A stretch of 64,000 bases of DNA from an uncultured Aquiluna sp. (GCA_965655555.1 CBFHGU010000002.1:232006-296005), one strand, 5' to 3'; positions 1 to 12,638 are shown, numbered from the stretch's first letter. Translations and numbers: made by a program. Notes: a model not told the origin generated them from the sequence alone.

Positions 1-2
1 TT

Positions 3-1196
3 AGCTACCAGATCGAATCAAGACTGGGAACTCGGGCCGAATTTCAAGCGATGACAAGCACCTGCAATGACCTTGGCGTGGCAGTAATCGTTGATGCCGT
101 AATCAACCACATGTCAGCTTCAGATTCTGGCACCGGCGTTGCCGGAACCGAGTATTCGAAGTACGAATACCCGGACCTTTACACCAGAGAAGATTTTCAC
201 AACTGCAACCTGACCCCTAATGACCAGATCGCAAATTACCTTGACCGCCCTCAGGTCCAAACGTGCGAACTACTCGGCTTGAGCGATCTGGATCACAAGT
301 CCAAAAAAGTTCAAGACACAATTGTCTCTTACCTGGAGGACTTGCTATCGCTCGGAGCCGCCGGATTTAGAATCGACGCCGCAAAGCACATTTATGCTCC
401 CGATCTAAAGGCAATAGTCGATCGCCTCCCTCAGGACACTCGAATTTTTCACGAGGTAATTCGTGGAGGTGCGGAACCCATTCAGCCGGAGGAGTACCTC
501 GACAGTGGAGATGTCTGGGAATTCAACTACGCCAGAGAGCTCAAGGGAATGTTCAAGGCAAGGGTGGTAAGCGGGGCAGCCTCCAACACGAGATTTGACT
601 CCTTCGCACCAAGCAATCAGGCAATCTCATTTGTAGTGAACCATGACACAGAGAGAAACGGAGAGACCCTTACGTATAAGACTCCCGAGCTTTTCGAACT
701 GGCGACAGCGCTGATGCTCGCCGAAAACTATGGCCAGCCAATGTTGTATTCCTCCTACGCTTTCTCTGAGCGAGACCGGGGACCGAAGGGTCAAAATGGC
801 AAGGTGTTAGATGCCCATTGCGATGGTCCGCCAGATTTGAGCAAAAAAGCCGAGGATGGCACATGGCTTTGCCAACACCGACTGACTTCAACAACAAACA
901 TGATCAAATTCAGAGACGTTGTTGGCAGCGCGGCAATTACAGAGAAGTTCAGGGCTGCTGGGCTCTATGGTTTCGCCAGAGACAAAATGGGGTATTTCCT
1001 GGTCAACGTTTCTGAATACAAGTCTTTGCCATTTGAGGTTCAAACCACTCTCCCAGCTGGAGATTACTGCAACGCCTACCTGCAAACCTTGGACTGCAGC
1101 AGTGTAATTTCAGTGGATGAGAACGGGGTTGCAAGAGGCGAAATACCAAACGAATCAGCAATAGCCATTCACTTGGGAGCACTGGCTACGAACTAA
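3..1196 (+). CDS. Alpha-amylase (GH13, actinobacterial type), 5' end outside the window
   Basis: The frame is open from base 3 (SYQIESRLGTRAEFQAM...). GH13 motifs DAVINHM, GFRIDAAKH, FHEVI and FVVNHD are present. It ends after domain C with no CBM20. Confidence 0.9.
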   Translation, partial: SYQIESRLGTRAEFQAMTSTCNDLGVAVIVDAVINHMSASDSGTGVAGTEYSKYEYPDLYTREDFHNCNLTPNDQIANYLDRPQVQTCELLGLSDLDHKSKKVQDTIVSYLEDLLSLGAAGFRIDAAKHIYAPDLKAIVDRLPQDTRIFHEVIRGGAEPIQPEEYLDSGDVWEFNYARELKGMFKARVVSGAASNTRFDSFAPSNQAISFVVNHDTERNGETLTYKTPELFELATALMLAENYGQPMLYSSYAFSERDRGPKGQNGKVLDAHCDGPPDLSKKAEDGTWLCQHRLTSTTNMIKFRDVVGSAAITEKFRAAGLYGFARDKMGYFLVNVSEYKSLPFEVQTTLPAGDYCNAYLQTLDCSSVISVDENGVARGEIPNESAIAIHLGALATN

Positions 1197-2998
1197 ACCA
1201 GTGAGTCTTTCCAAGCTTTATAAAGCGTTGAGAATTTGCCGCCAGAAGCAACAAGTTGCTCAGGAGAGCCGTCTTCAATTACCTCACCGTGCTCCATCAC
1301 CAAAACCCTGTCGGCGATTGAAACCGTAGAGAGTCGATGAGCGATAATGATCGCAGTTCGACCCGCAAGCAAGGTCTTGAGGCCAAGTTGAACCATTGCT
1401 TCCGAAGGAATGTCGAGTGAAGACGTTGCCTCATCAAGAATCAGGACAGCAGGATCGGCCAAGAAAGCTCTGGCAAAAGAGATCAACTGGCGCTGGCCGC
1501 TACTGACCCTGCCGCCGCGCTTATTCACATCTGTTTCATAGCCATTTGGGAGATCCAAGATGAATTCGTGTGCTCCAACTGCTTTTGCAGCCTTGACTAC
1601 ATCCTCCATGGAGGCTCCCGGCTTACCGAGCTGAATGTTCTCAGCCACGGAGCCAGTAAACAAGTAGGCCTCTTGGGTAACCATTACTACTTCTTTGCGA
1701 AGATCTGTGTTGGAGATGTCCCTCAGGTCATACCCGTCTAGCTTCACTGAACCCTCGGAGGGGTCGTAGAACCTAGAGACAAGTTTTGCAAGTGTTGACT
1801 TACCCGCACCTGTTGTGCCAACCAGCGCAATCGTTTGACCCCCTGGGATATCCAGCGAGAAGGGCTTCAAAACGACGTCCCCGGTTGAGTATTGGAACTT
1901 CACATCGGTGAAGGTCAATCCGCCTTTAATGTTTTCCAAAGAAACCGGTTCGGAGGTCTCTGGGACAGAAGGTTCTTCCTCTAAAACACCAGAGATCTTC
2001 TCAAGCGAAGACGAAGCGGACTGGTAGGAGTTATAGAACATACCTATTTGCTCCATGGGTCCAAAGAACTGCCTGGCATACAAAATTGCGGCAGTCAAAA
2101 CTCCGATCCCAAGAGCCCCGTCCAACACTCGAATGCCGCCGACCAGCAAAATTGCGGCGACAGTGACGTTGCCAATCAAGATAAGACCCGGGTCAAAGAT
2201 TCCGAAGAGCTGGATCAGGCGGGCATTTAGTTTTCTGTAAACCTCAACCAAGCCGCCGAAGTGCTTCTCGTTGCGCTTTTCCTTTCGGAAGGCCTTTACG
2301 GCACGAACACCGGTCATCGTTTCGACAAAGTTCTGAATCAAGGTCGATGATGCAACACGCTGGGCCCTAAAGCCACGATTCGTGTTTATCTGGAACCACC
2401 TGGTCAGAATTGCCAACGGTATCAAAGCCAGAAGCAGAACCAGGAAGCTGATTGGATCAAGAACAAGCAAGGCTATTGCGGTAAAGATCATGAAGATCAA
2501 ACCGACAACCAGCTCACTTAGCCCCCCAGAGAGCAGTTCAGATATGGTTTCTAGATCTGAAGTTTGACGTGCGATTACGCGCCCGGCTGTGTAGCGTTCG
2601 TGGAACTCAACGGAAAGCTTCTGGGTGTGCACAAACATCCTGTTACGCAAATCAAACAGCATCGCTTGAGCGATTTTGGCAGTCAGGATCAAAAAGAAAT
2701 AGACGGTAACTGCAGAGATAGCCGCGGCACCGAGGTAAGCAAGCACGACTGTCCAGAGCGGCATGTAATCGGTTTCGATTGCGCGTGGCAAAGCCCAGTC
2801 AATTCCAAGTGCCACAAGTGCTGGCCCTGCAACCCGGAGCAAGGTAGAGCACAGAATCAGTGCGATAGCGACGATGAATCTTAGGCGCATTGGAAACAAC
2901 AGGGACCCGAGAAGCCTGCGCGAGCGCCTCCTGACATACCGGGATTCCTCCCTGTTGAGGTCCGTACGCTCTTCGTTATTTGTTCCAAAAAGACTCAC
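1193..2998 (-). CDS. ABC exporter, fused TMD-NBD half (heterodimer subunit)
   Basis: N-terminal TM helices, Walker [10 protein letters not shown], Walker B ILDEATSS, degenerate signature VSSGQ. Confidence 0.92.
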   Translation of the reverse strand: MSLFGTNNEERTDLNREESRYVRRRSRRLLGSLLFPMRLRFIVAIALILCSTLLRVAGPALVALGIDWALPRAIETDYMPLWTVVLAYLGAAAISAVTVYFFLILTAKIAQAMLFDLRNRMFVHTQKLSVEFHERYTAGRVIARQTSDLETISELLSGGLSELVVGLIFMIFTAIALLVLDPISFLVLLLALIPLAILTRWFQINTNRGFRAQRVASSTLIQNFVETMTGVRAVKAFRKEKRNEKHFGGLVEVYRKLNARLIQLFGIFDPGLILIGNVTVAAILLVGGIRVLDGALGIGVLTAAILYARQFFGPMEQIGMFYNSYQSASSSLEKISGVLEEEPSVPETSEPVSLENIKGGLTFTDVKFQYSTGDVVLKPFSLDIPGGQTIALVGTTGAGKSTLAKLVSRFYDPSEGSVKLDGYDLRDISNTDLRKEVVMVTQEAYLFTGSVAENIQLGKPGASMEDVVKAAKAVGAHEFILDLPNGYETDVNKRGGRVSSGQRQLISFARAFLADPAVLILDEATSSLDIPSEAMVQLGLKTLLAGRTAIIIAHRLSTVSIADRVLVMEHGEVIEDGSPEQLVASGGKFSTLYKAWKDSLV

Positions 2999-4770
2999 AG
3001 GTTCACCTCCCGCTGCTTTTGCTCCTCATCCAGCGAAGTGATGACATGTCGGTAGTGGGCACTGGTTGCCAAGAGCTCCTTGTGGGTCCCAAAAGCTGAG
3101 ATCTTGCCGTCCTGCATCAGTGCGACCTTGTCGGCAAGCATCACGGTAGAGGGGCGATGAGCCACGATAAGAGCGGTTGTTGATTTCAGCACATGACGAA
3201 GCGCCTCTTCAACCATCGCCTCGGTGTCAACGTCCACCGCGGAAAGCGGATCGTCTAACACCAAAATCCTCGGCTTGGCTGCTACAGCCCTTGCCAGTGC
3301 CAGTCGTTGCCGCTGACCCCCCGAGAGGCTCAGCCCCTCGTCACCGATTGGAGTATCCAGGCCCTCTGGCAAATCGTAGACAAAATGCGCCTGGGCAATC
3401 TCGATCGCCTGAACCAGGTCCTCTTCACTTTGAGTCGCATTGCCAAGCAATACGTTCTCCCTCACTGAAGAAGAGAACAGGGTTGCATCTTCAAAGGCCA
3501 TTGCGATATGCGTTCGAAGCTCTTTTCTCGACAAATCCCTAATGTCGATGCCATCGACCGTTACGGACCCTGAACTAACCTCGTAGAGCCTCGTGGTAAG
3601 TGAAGTCAGAGTTGTCTTACCGCAACCGGTGAGCCCAATCAACGCAACCGATTGGCCCGGCTCCAGCCTTAGATTCACTCCGTCAATCAGATCTCTTTGA
3701 TCAGCAGCGGCGTCTGGGTATCGGAAGTGAACATCCTTGAATTCAAGAAGTCCTCTTGGTTCAGAAATGGTTTTTGGTGAAACCGGGTCCGCAATCAGAT
3801 CTGGTTCATCTAGAACCTCAAAGACCCTAGTTGTGGCAGTTTTTGCCTCAAGCGTCATTCCAAGCAGAAAGCCAAGAGATTCGGTTGGCCAGCGCAAAAC
3901 GGTCGCTGTGGCAACAAAGGCAACAAGGGTGCCGACTGTAATCTCACCAGAGGCAGCAAACCAAATTCCCACCAGCAGAGCTAGGCCTAGAGCAAATTCT
4001 GGAATCATAATCAAATACAGCCAGATTTTCGCAATGGCTGTGGCCTTGGAGATCTCCGTTGTTCTTAACTCCGAAGCTTGAGAGGCAAACTGATCCGCAG
4101 CAAAGCCGCCGCGACCAAATGATTTCAAGACTCTTACGCCGTGAACGGATTCTTCAACCCGGGTGGCGAGGTCACCGGATTGGTCCTGGGCCAATCTTGC
4201 AATGGTTCCAAATTGCTTTTCGAATTTGAAGCCAATCATCAAAATTGGGATCGAAGCGATTGAAAAAATCAAGCCGAGCCAGAAGTTGTAAGTAAAGAGA
4301 ATGATCAGGCCGACAACAAGGGTGATGAAGTTAGCAATCAGAAGCACAATTCCAAAACTCATCCACCTCCGAATCAAACTCAAGTCAGCTACTGCCCTCG
4401 ACAGCAACTGGCCAGAAGCCCACTTGTCATGGAATGCGACCGGCAAATCCTGCAGTTTTGCAAACAGTGTGTTTCTCATGTCTGCTTCGACAAATGTGCC
4501 GGGCGTCAGGACCAACCAACGACGAAGCAACACAAACAGGGCTTCCAGAATGCCGAGAAGGAGTATCAGCCCCACCGCTGGCAAAAGTGCATCGATACCG
4601 CCGTCAACCAGGGAATTGACTAGGCTCTGCAAAAACTGTGGAATTGAGAGTGCCACCATGTGGGCCGAGATGGCTGCGACGATGCCGAGGGATATTCGAC
4701 CAAGCGCACGCCTTGCAAACGGAACCAATCTCCAAAGAGTCTTTACGGTCCCCAACTCACCCTGTTGCAT
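2995..4770 (-). CDS. ABC exporter, fused TMD-NBD half (heterodimer subunit)
   Basis: Walker [10 protein letters not shown], signature LSGGQRQ, degenerate Walker B VLDDPLS. Overlaps its partner by 4 nt. Confidence 0.92.
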   Translation of the reverse strand: MQQGELGTVKTLWRLVPFARRALGRISLGIVAAISAHMVALSIPQFLQSLVNSLVDGGIDALLPAVGLILLLGILEALFVLLRRWLVLTPGTFVEADMRNTLFAKLQDLPVAFHDKWASGQLLSRAVADLSLIRRWMSFGIVLLIANFITLVVGLIILFTYNFWLGLIFSIASIPILMIGFKFEKQFGTIARLAQDQSGDLATRVEESVHGVRVLKSFGRGGFAADQFASQASELRTTEISKATAIAKIWLYLIMIPEFALGLALLVGIWFAASGEITVGTLVAFVATATVLRWPTESLGFLLGMTLEAKTATTRVFEVLDEPDLIADPVSPKTISEPRGLLEFKDVHFRYPDAAADQRDLIDGVNLRLEPGQSVALIGLTGCGKTTLTSLTTRLYEVSSGSVTVDGIDIRDLSRKELRTHIAMAFEDATLFSSSVRENVLLGNATQSEEDLVQAIEIAQAHFVYDLPEGLDTPIGDEGLSLSGGQRQRLALARAVAAKPRILVLDDPLSAVDVDTEAMVEEALRHVLKSTTALIVAHRPSTVMLADKVALMQDGKISAFGTHKELLATSAHYRHVITSLDEEQKQREVNL

Positions 4771-4839
4771 TGTTCTCTCCGCTGCTGCCTCGATGGCAGA
4801 TCAGCCCTTCAGAATAACAGTTTGCTAGGCAAATTATTT

Positions 4840-6384
4840 CTAGTGGAAGAAGTGTCTTTCACCAGTGAAATACATTGTGATGCCTGCCTTGTTTGCTGCC
4901 TCAATGACTTCATCATCACGCATACTGCCGCCCGGTTGAACAACGGCCCGGACTCCAGCGTCAATGAGCACCTGAAGGCCATCGGCAAAAGGGAAAAAGG
5001 CATCTGAAGCTGCCACAGACCCCAAGACTCTGTCACCGGCTCTCGATACTGCCAGGTGGCAAGAGTCGAGACGATTCACCTGACCCATTCCGATTCCAAC
5101 CGCAGCCTGGTTTTTAGCAAGCAGGATGGCGTTTGACTTAACTGCCCGACAGGCAATCCAGGCAAATTCCATATTTTTCATTGTTTGCTCGTCAGCCGCT
5201 GGCCCTGCGACGAGCTGCCAATTTGCGGAATTGAGAGCCTCAAAACCATCTGATTCCTGAACAAGCATCCCGCCAGAGATTTGCCTCAACTCCGTATCAG
5301 GTCGAACATATGGCGAGTCGAGCTCAAGAATTCGAAGGTTTTTCTTCTTTTGCAGCACCTCGAGCGCTTTAGTCGAGTAGCTGGGCGCAATTATCACTTC
5401 TGTGAACACTTCGGCTATAGCCATTGCCATTGCCTCAGATACTTCTTGATTGGCAGCAATCACGCCACCAAAAGCAGAAACTGGATCTGTTTCATGGGCC
5501 AGAGAGTAGGCCGTGGCGATGTCGCTGGCGGTAGCTACTCCACAAGGGTTCGCGTGCTTGATGATCGCAACGGCAGGAGTCTTGAAGTCATGTGCTGCCC
5601 GCAACGCAGCGTCTGCATCAACATAGTTGTTGTAGCTCATTTGCTTGCCAGAGTGCTGCTTGGCTGCGGCAATGCCAGATGCCGGGAAATTCTTGTAGAG
5701 TGCCGCGGTCTGATGTGAATTCTCGCCGTAGCGGAGCTCTTGATCACGCTTCAATGCAACATTCAAACTCTCCGGCTGGCCAGCCGAGGCGTATTCAGTC
5801 GAGAACCAGTTGGCGACTGCAGCGTCATAGCTTGCAGTATGCGCGAAAGCTTTGCCGGCAAAGTGTCTGCGCTCATCGAGGGTCGTGCCACCGTTTTCTA
5901 TGGCCTGGATTAGGCTGCCGTAGTCCTCAGGCTCAACAACTATCGCCACGTTGGCATGGTTCTTTGCTGCCGCCCGAACCATTGCGGGGCCACCGATGTC
6001 GATTTGTTCGATTACCGCTTCGCCCTTTTCTCCGCTGGCGACCGTTTGAACAAACGGATACAGATTCACAATCACCAGCTGAAATGCATCGATTTCAAAC
6101 TTCAAAAGCTCATTGCGATGCTTTTCTAGCCGGACATCAGCCAAAATTCCACCGTGGATCTTTGGATGCAGGGTCTTCACTCTGCCGTCGAGAGATTCTG
6201 GGAAGCCAGTTACGGCACTAACTTCCTTCACACTCAGACCCGCCTCAGCAATTTGCTTAGCGGTTGAGCCAGTTGAAATAAGCTCGACGTCGTTGTTTGA
6301 AAGTACTGTTGCCAATTCAATTAGGCCTGTTTTATCAGAGACTGAAATTAGCGCTCGCTTGATCTGGGTTTTTTCAACGGTCAT
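4840..6384 (-). CDS. purH: Bifunctional AICAR transformylase/IMP cyclohydrolase
   Basis: [37 protein letters not shown] motifs. Confidence 0.97.
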   Translation of the reverse strand: MTVEKTQIKRALISVSDKTGLIELATVLSNNDVELISTGSTAKQIAEAGLSVKEVSAVTGFPESLDGRVKTLHPKIHGGILADVRLEKHRNELLKFEIDAFQLVIVNLYPFVQTVASGEKGEAVIEQIDIGGPAMVRAAAKNHANVAIVVEPEDYGSLIQAIENGGTTLDERRHFAGKAFAHTASYDAAVANWFSTEYASAGQPESLNVALKRDQELRYGENSHQTAALYKNFPASGIAAAKQHSGKQMSYNNYVDADAALRAAHDFKTPAVAIIKHANPCGVATASDIATAYSLAHETDPVSAFGGVIAANQEVSEAMAMAIAEVFTEVIIAPSYSTKALEVLQKKKNLRILELDSPYVRPDTELRQISGGMLVQESDGFEALNSANWQLVAGPAADEQTMKNMEFAWIACRAVKSNAILLAKNQAAVGIGMGQVNRLDSCHLAVSRAGDRVLGSVAASDAFFPFADGLQVLIDAGVRAVVQPGGSMRDDEVIEAANKAGITMYFTGERHFFH

Positions 6385-6394
6385 TTCTTGTCTC

Positions 6395-6970
6395 CTAAAG
6401 CTTCAGCTCGCCTGTGGCAATCATTCTTACGGCGTCAACAAGCTGCTGCCTCTCAACAATCTGAATGCTGTGAAGAAGCTCTGCCTCTGAAATCCCGGCC
6501 TGAACCGCAACCTCTGTCTGCAGCAAGACTCTTCCCGTGTCGACTCCCTCATCAACAACATGAATGGTGGCTCCAGTCTTCGAAGCGCCTGCTGCCAAAG
6601 CGTCTCTAACTGCATGGGCCCCCTTGAAATCAGGCAATAGTGATGGGTGAAGATTTATTATCTTTGGGCTCAAGGCGTTTACGAAGCTTGCGGGCAAAAC
6701 CTTCATGAAACCTGCCAAAACCACCAGGTCTGGCTTCAGCGATTCAACATTGGAAAGCAACACTTCAGCCCAAGCCTCTGTGGAGCTAAAACTTGCAGGC
6801 TCAACCACAAACGTTGGGATTCGGAACTCTTCGGCATGCTCCAAACCGGGTGCCGGTTTATCGGACCCGACACCAACCACTCTTGCTGGAAACAAGGGGT
6901 TGGAAGAGGCTTCCAGAAGGGCCCTCAGGTTAGATCCGGCTCCGGAGATGAGCACAACTATGGAAAACAT
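6395..6970 (-). CDS. purN: Phosphoribosylglycinamide formyltransferase
   Basis: [26 protein letters not shown]. Lies directly upstream of purH. Confidence 0.96.
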   Translation of the reverse strand: MFSIVVLISGAGSNLRALLEASSNPLFPARVVGVGSDKPAPGLEHAEEFRIPTFVVEPASFSSTEAWAEVLLSNVESLKPDLVVLAGFMKVLPASFVNALSPKIINLHPSLLPDFKGAHAVRDALAAGASKTGATIHVVDEGVDTGRVLLQTEVAVQAGISEAELLHSIQIVERQQLVDAVRMIATGELKL

Positions 6971-6979
6971 GCTTGCAGT

Positions 6980-8227
6980 CTACTTTCGCTCAGAGGCATC
7001 GTCGTATGGCCTGGCAATCACAAGAGCTGCCAAAAAACTAGGGATCAGCACCTCTAGGAAAACTACTCCTGCAAACATCAGTGGGTCTGCACCAATAGTT
7101 GCGAATCGGCCAGGACCTAGGCTTCCCGAAGCTGCAAGGCTAATCACATAAACCGTAATGGCTGCAGTGATTGCCGCAACGATTGATATCGACAGCGCGC
7201 CGCTGACTCTGGTTCCATACTCCCAGCGAAGTTGGTCAGCATGCTTAGAAACAAAGAAGGTGGCGAGGATTGCTGCAACAACGGGCACCAAAACAAAAAT
7301 AAGCCCTCTGTCAAAGCCCCCGGTCGGTAGTGCTGCCAACACCGGGAGGGCAGGAAGTGGCCCCAGTTCGGAAGCAAAGGGGGAAACATAAGAGCCGGTA
7401 CCGATTGAGAATCCCGCACCGGAGATCCAACTTGCCCCGTAAACAATCAAGTTCGGCAGAATTGCAAGCTGACCAATTGTCACAATAACGCCACCCAGGA
7501 TGCTTAGGCCCAAACCCTGATAGAGACCGATTACTTGAATCCAACCAAAGCCAAGGGCCAGTGCAATTAGCAGCGAGCTCACCAGCACCAGCGATGCGAC
7601 AACCGAAAGGCCTACGCGAACGCCCGGATTCAAAGCAGTCCTAATCGACCAGTGCAGTTTGGAAAAAGCTGCTGTGAACAAGCTTCTAATCCAAACTCGC
7701 TCCTTGGCCTCCTCGCCATTGGCGCCCTCAAATAGTTCGTAGCGCTTTCCTGCGACCGACGAAACCATCAACAAGAATCCAAAGAATAATGCAGGGTAAT
7801 AAAGCGGCTCCCAGGTTCCCGCTATCACAGCGCTATCTGCGACCAGAAGTGATGCACCGTAGCTAATGCCACCGAAGGCTGCAGCACCACCAATCCAGGC
7901 CGGCCACAGTGAGGAAGCAGCCGAAAGCCTGTGCCCGATTCTGATCGCCATGACAATGATTAATCCAGTCAAGCCCAGCGGAAGGGCAGTGATTGAAAAT
8001 GATTCAAAACCGATTCCAATAATCTCGCCGTCGGCGAAGCCAATTGGAACGGCACAGGCCAGTAAAAAGGCATACACGGCAACACGCAGCGCGAGAATCC
8101 AATCAACATCGCCATTCCCCTCAATAAACCAAGCGAGAGTCAGCGGTGCAACCACAAGACCAACCACGGTGGCAATGATGATCAGAGCCTGCAGTGCGGC
8201 TATTGCGAAGCTGAGCCCCCGGTTCAC
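6980..8227 (-). CDS. Polytopic membrane protein (DUF6350/PerM-like)
   Basis: About 10 hydrophobic segments, LPNL..GA.W..G.GF motif, and the usual actinobacterial position between sucD and purN. Confidence 0.75.
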   Translation of the reverse strand: MNRGLSFAIAALQALIIIATVVGLVVAPLTLAWFIEGNGDVDWILALRVAVYAFLLACAVPIGFADGEIIGIGFESFSITALPLGLTGLIIVMAIRIGHRLSAASSLWPAWIGGAAAFGGISYGASLLVADSAVIAGTWEPLYYPALFFGFLLMVSSVAGKRYELFEGANGEEAKERVWIRSLFTAAFSKLHWSIRTALNPGVRVGLSVVASLVLVSSLLIALALGFGWIQVIGLYQGLGLSILGGVIVTIGQLAILPNLIVYGASWISGAGFSIGTGSYVSPFASELGPLPALPVLAALPTGGFDRGLIFVLVPVVAAILATFFVSKHADQLRWEYGTRVSGALSISIVAAITAAITVYVISLAASGSLGPGRFATIGADPLMFAGVVFLEVLIPSFLAALVIARPYDDASERK

Positions 8228-8236
8228 TTTTGGTGA

Positions 8237-9124
8237 TTACAGGCTGGCGATAATGTCGCGCATCAAGCTGGCAGTCTCAGAAGGTGTCTTACCAACCTTG
8301 ACTCCAACGGCCTCAAATGCTTCCTGCTTGCCCTGTGCTGTTCCGGCTGAACCAGAAACGATTGCTCCAGCATGACCCATGGTCTTGCCTTCTGGGGCGG
8401 TAAAACCTGCCACGTAAGCAACTACCGGCTTGGTGACGTGCTTCGCTATGTACTCGGCAGCCTTCTCTTCACTGTCACCGCCGATTTCACCAATCAGCAC
8501 GATCGCCTTGGTCTCAGGATCGTTCTCAAAAGCTTCGAGTGCATCGATGTGGGTGGTGCCGATAACAGGGTCTCCGCCGATTCCAATGCCAGTGGTGAAT
8601 CCGATGTCACGAAGTTCGAACATCATCTGGTAGGTCAGGGTGCCTGATTTTGATACCAGACCGATTGGACCCTGGCCAGTGATGTTCCATGGTGTAATTC
8701 CGGCGTTAGATTGACCCGGGCTGATAATTCCTGGGCAGTTCGGTCCAATCAGACGAGTCTTCTGGCCCTTTTCAACGTTGTATGCCCAAGCGGTTGCCGA
8801 GTCGTGAACCGGAATTCCCTCTGTAATAGCAACAGCAAGCGGAATCTCAGCATCGATGGCCTCAATGATTGCCGCCTTGGCAAAAGCCGGTGGCACGAAG
8901 ATGACCGAAACATTTGCCCCGGTTGCACTCATTGCATCTGACACGCTGCCAAAGACTGGAAGTGACTTGCCCTCAACCTCAACCGATTCACCGGCTTTTC
9001 TAGGGTTCACACCACCTACGATGTTTGAGCCACCTGCAAGCATGCGCTGCGTGTGCTTCATGCCCTCGGCTCCAGTCATACCCTGGACGATGATTTTCGA
9101 GTCTGAATTTAGAAAAATTGCCAT
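8237..9124 (-). CDS. sucD: Succinyl-CoA synthetase alpha subunit
   Basis: [27 protein letters not shown]. Confidence 0.97.
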   Translation of the reverse strand: MAIFLNSDSKIIVQGMTGAEGMKHTQRMLAGGSNIVGGVNPRKAGESVEVEGKSLPVFGSVSDAMSATGANVSVIFVPPAFAKAAIIEAIDAEIPLAVAITEGIPVHDSATAWAYNVEKGQKTRLIGPNCPGIISPGQSNAGITPWNITGQGPIGLVSKSGTLTYQMMFELRDIGFTTGIGIGGDPVIGTTHIDALEAFENDPETKAIVLIGEIGGDSEEKAAEYIAKHVTKPVVAYVAGFTAPEGKTMGHAGAIVSGSAGTAQGKQEAFEAVGVKVGKTPSETASLMRDIIASL

Positions 9125-9142
9125 GATACTTGTCTCTTCCCT

Positions 9143-10300
9143 CTACCTGTTCGCCAGCTCAGCAGCCGTGTTGGCGCCGCCATCCATGGTGTCTGCCAGT
9201 GATACCAGCGGGTGGTTGAATTCCTTCAAAATAGCCCGGCCTTCTTCGACGTTGTTACCGTCTAGCCTCACTACTAACGGCTTAGATGCCTTCGACCCGA
9301 GAGTGTTGAGTGCTCCTACGATTCCATTTGCAACAGAATCACAGGCAGTGATGCCTCCGAAGACGTTTACGAAGACGCTCTTGACCTGCGGGTCATTCAA
9401 AATCACATCTAACCCCGCAGCCATGACCTCTGCGGATGCTCCGCCACCGATGTCTAGGAAGTTAGCTGGCTTCACGTTGCCGTTTGATTCACCCGCATAA
9501 GCCACGACATCTAGCGTTGACATTACAAGTCCTGCACCGTTTCCGATGATGCCAACTTCTCCGTCAAGCTTGACGTAGTTAAGATCCATCTCCTTGGCTT
9601 TTGCCTCCAGTGGATCTAGAGCGTCACGCTCCATTTGCTCGCGCTCGTGACGGAACTCAGCATTTTCATCAAGAGTGACCTTGCCGTCGAGAGCAAGAAT
9701 TTGACCATCCTCGGTGAGCACGAGTGGGTTTACTTCAACCAAGGTTGCGTCTTCTTTTTCATAAACCTCGTAGAGCTTTACGATTACATCACTCACAGGA
9801 TCAATTAGCTCAGCGGGGAAGTGACCGGCGGTCGCAATTTCAACCGCCTGCTTCTTGTCAATCCCGGCTACCGCTGAGATTGGAATTCTTGCAAGCGCAT
9901 CTGGGCGCTCAACCGCAAGCTGCTCAATTTCCATGCCGCCTTCAACCGAGCAGAGCGATAGGAAGGTTCGGTTCGAGCGGTCAAGCAGAACAGAGAAGTA
10001 AAACTCCTGGGCAATCTTTGCCCCCTGCGCAATCATCACGCGCTTTACCTCATGGCCCTTGATATCGAGCCCTAGGATTTCCTCAGCTTTTTGCCGAGCC
10101 TCTTCGGGGCTGTGAGCAACCTTGACACCTCCGGCTTTACCGCGGCCGCCAACTTTCACCTGGGCTTTTACAACAACAGTTCCGCCGATTTTGGCAGCTG
10201 CTGCCTCTGCTTCATCGGGTGTGTCTGCGATTAGACCTTGCAATACGGGCACGCCGTACTTTTCGAAAAGGTCTCGGGCTTGATATTCAAATAGATCCAC
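9143..10300 (-). CDS. sucC: Succinyl-CoA synthetase beta subunit
   Basis: [34 protein letters not shown]. Confidence 0.97.
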   Translation of the reverse strand: MDLFEYQARDLFEKYGVPVLQGLIADTPDEAEAAAAKIGGTVVVKAQVKVGGRGKAGGVKVAHSPEEARQKAEEILGLDIKGHEVKRVMIAQGAKIAQEFYFSVLLDRSNRTFLSLCSVEGGMEIEQLAVERPDALARIPISAVAGIDKKQAVEIATAGHFPAELIDPVSDVIVKLYEVYEKEDATLVEVNPLVLTEDGQILALDGKVTLDENAEFRHEREQMERDALDPLEAKAKEMDLNYVKLDGEVGIIGNGAGLVMSTLDVVAYAGESNGNVKPANFLDIGGGASAEVMAAGLDVILNDPQVKSVFVNVFGGITACDSVANGIVGALNTLGSKASKPLVVRLDGNNVEEGRAILKEFNHPLVSLADTMDGGANTAAELANR

Positions 10301-10371
10301 AGTGGTCTTTCGGGTTTGTTTTTAGCCAACGAATACCCCAAGTCTAGCGACATTGGAAACTAGCTTTTTGG

Positions 10372-12627
10372 CTAAAGCTTGGTAATCGGTGCCATTTTTA
10401 CTAGGAGGCGCTTAGTCACGCCCGACTGAAACCTCACCTCCGCGGTTTGTTTAGGAGGATTGCCGGAAACACTTACTACTGAACCTTCCCCGAAGCTTTC
10501 GTGACTTACGCGGTCACCAACTGCAAGTTCGAGGTCTTTGTTGTCTCTGACGGCACTTGGTGTGTTGATTGCACCAGCCCACTTAGTTGGTTCTCTGGTC
10601 TGAGAGATTGAGCGTTCTTGACCTTCGGAATCAACAAGTTCTTGGGGAATGTCGTTCAGGAACATCGACGTAGTGAATCCCGAGGTATTACCAAACACCG
10701 TGCGCTGAAGTGCATGGGAGATGAAGAGGTGCGCACGCGCCCTTGTCATTCCGACATACATCAACCGACGCTCTTCCTGCAGACCTCCGGGTTCATCAAA
10801 AGCTCGGATATGAGGCAGGGTTCCCTGCTCGAGCCCAATCAAGAACACAACTTGATATTCCAACCCCTTGGCTGTGTGGAGAGTCATTAGCGAAACGCTT
10901 CCAGACTCATCTTCGATTTCATCGGCAGCGGCGGCGAGTGTCACTTCAGCCAAGTAGTCAGCGACTGTCCCCTCGGGGTTTGTTGCCTGCCACTCAAAAA
11001 GCTGCCCCAGAAGGGCATCAAGGTTTTCGACGCGAGCTTCATCTTGAGGGTCTCTGGATATTTCCAGTTCGGAACGATAACCGGATTTTTCAAGTGCAAG
11101 CTTGAGCACTTCCGCCGGACCGTCTGTGACGGTCATTGCCTCAAGTTCGTTTAGAAGCTCACCAAATGCCATGACGCTTGCGGTGAGCTTTGGACCCAGC
11201 TGCAGATCGCCAGCACTCAGCAACGCTTGCCTGAAGCTCATTTCATGTTGCCGTGCAAACTGAGCAATTTTTAGTTCGGTTTTTTGTCCTATACCCCTGG
11301 CGGGAGTGTTGATCACTCGCCTTACCGCTTCATCGTCACGCCCGTTTGAAACTGCAGACAGGTAGGCAAGGGCATCTTTGATCTCTCGCCTCTCGAAGAA
11401 CTTCAAGCCTCCAATGACGGCGTAGGGCATGAGTTGGCTCTTGAGCTCCGCTTCCAGTGACGGGGTCAGCGAGTTAGTTCTATAAAGCACTGCAATATCT
11501 CGGTAGTTGATGCCCTCGGCATGCATGCCCTTTATTCGATCAACTACGAAGGCTGCTTCGTTTCTCTCATCGTAGGCTGTAAAGATGGTGATCTTGTCGC
11601 CTGCACCAGAGTCGGTCCAAAGATTCTTCGCAGGTCTATAAGGGTTTTGGGAAATCACGGCATTCGCCGCTGAAAGAATATTTTGCGTCGACCGATAATT
11701 CTGCTCGAGCAGAATGGTCTGAGCTCCTGGGAAGTCTCTTTCAAACTCGGTGATGTTTCGAATGTCCGCCCCGCGGAAGGCATAGATCGACTGATCCGAA
11801 TCACCCACCACGGTCAAATCTGCAGGCCCAAGCTGCTCCCCGGTTCGCTCATCGAAGATTGCGTGCTCTTCAGGAAGAGGCCTAGTGAACTCTCGAATCA
11901 ACGCGTACTGGGCATGATTGGTGTCTTGGTACTCGTCTACCAATACGTGCCGAAAACGCTTTTGGTATCTGGCTCTCAGCTCAGGGAAGGCTCGAAAAAG
12001 CCCTACGGTTTCACCAATCAGATCATCGAAGTCAAAGGCGTTATTGCGCTGAAGTTCTGCCGTGTAAGCCTGGAATACTTCGGCAACTATTCGCTCTCTT
12101 GGGTTAGATCTGTCTGCATTTCTAGCAAAATCCTCCGCGTCTTTTAGCTCGTTTTTTGCATTTGAAATAATCGCTGCTGCTTGGGCGGGCTTTATGTCAG
12201 CATCCTCTGCGCCGGCCTCCCTTAGGAGTCTCTTCAGAAGCGCCCTAGTGTCCCCGGTGTCATAGACGCTGAAGTTTGAATCGTGGCCCAAGCGCTCGGC
12301 TTCACGACGCAGGATTTGCAGACAAGCTGAGTGAAAAGTCTTCAGCCACATTCCCTGGCCGGCTTGGCCAATCAGGCCTTCGACACGCTCACGCATTTCC
12401 GCAGCTGCCTTATTAGTGAAAGTAATCGCAAGAATCTGCGATGGCCAAATTTCCTTGTTTGCCAAAAGATGTGCGATGCGATGGGTTAGCACCTTGGTTT
12501 TTCCAGAACCGGCACCTGCCACAATCAAGAGCGATCGGCCGCGATACTTGACTGCTTCCTGCTGCTGCGGGTTCAGCCCCACCAAGAGGGAATCCGGGTT
12601 TAGTTGATCAAAAATCTCTAGCGACAT
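10372..12627 (-). CDS. pcrA: UvrD/PcrA ATP-dependent DNA helicase
   Basis: AGAGSGKT, DEYQDTN, VGDSDQSIY, TLHTAKGLE, C-terminal Tudor-like domain. Confidence 0.95.
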   Translation of the reverse strand: MSLEIFDQLNPDSLLVGLNPQQQEAVKYRGRSLLIVAGAGSGKTKVLTHRIAHLLANKEIWPSQILAITFTNKAAAEMRERVEGLIGQAGQGMWLKTFHSACLQILRREAERLGHDSNFSVYDTGDTRALLKRLLREAGAEDADIKPAQAAAIISNAKNELKDAEDFARNADRSNPRERIVAEVFQAYTAELQRNNAFDFDDLIGETVGLFRAFPELRARYQKRFRHVLVDEYQDTNHAQYALIREFTRPLPEEHAIFDERTGEQLGPADLTVVGDSDQSIYAFRGADIRNITEFERDFPGAQTILLEQNYRSTQNILSAANAVISQNPYRPAKNLWTDSGAGDKITIFTAYDERNEAAFVVDRIKGMHAEGINYRDIAVLYRTNSLTPSLEAELKSQLMPYAVIGGLKFFERREIKDALAYLSAVSNGRDDEAVRRVINTPARGIGQKTELKIAQFARQHEMSFRQALLSAGDLQLGPKLTASVMAFGELLNELEAMTVTDGPAEVLKLALEKSGYRSELEISRDPQDEARVENLDALLGQLFEWQATNPEGTVADYLAEVTLAAAADEIEDESGSVSLMTLHTAKGLEYQVVFLIGLEQGTLPHIRAFDEPGGLQEERRLMYVGMTRARAHLFISHALQRTVFGNTSGFTTSMFLNDIPQELVDSEGQERSISQTREPTKWAGAINTPSAVRDNKDLELAVGDRVSHESFGEGSVVSVSGNPPKQTAEVRFQSGVTKRLLVKMAPITKL

Positions 12628-12638
12628 CGAGAGGTAGC

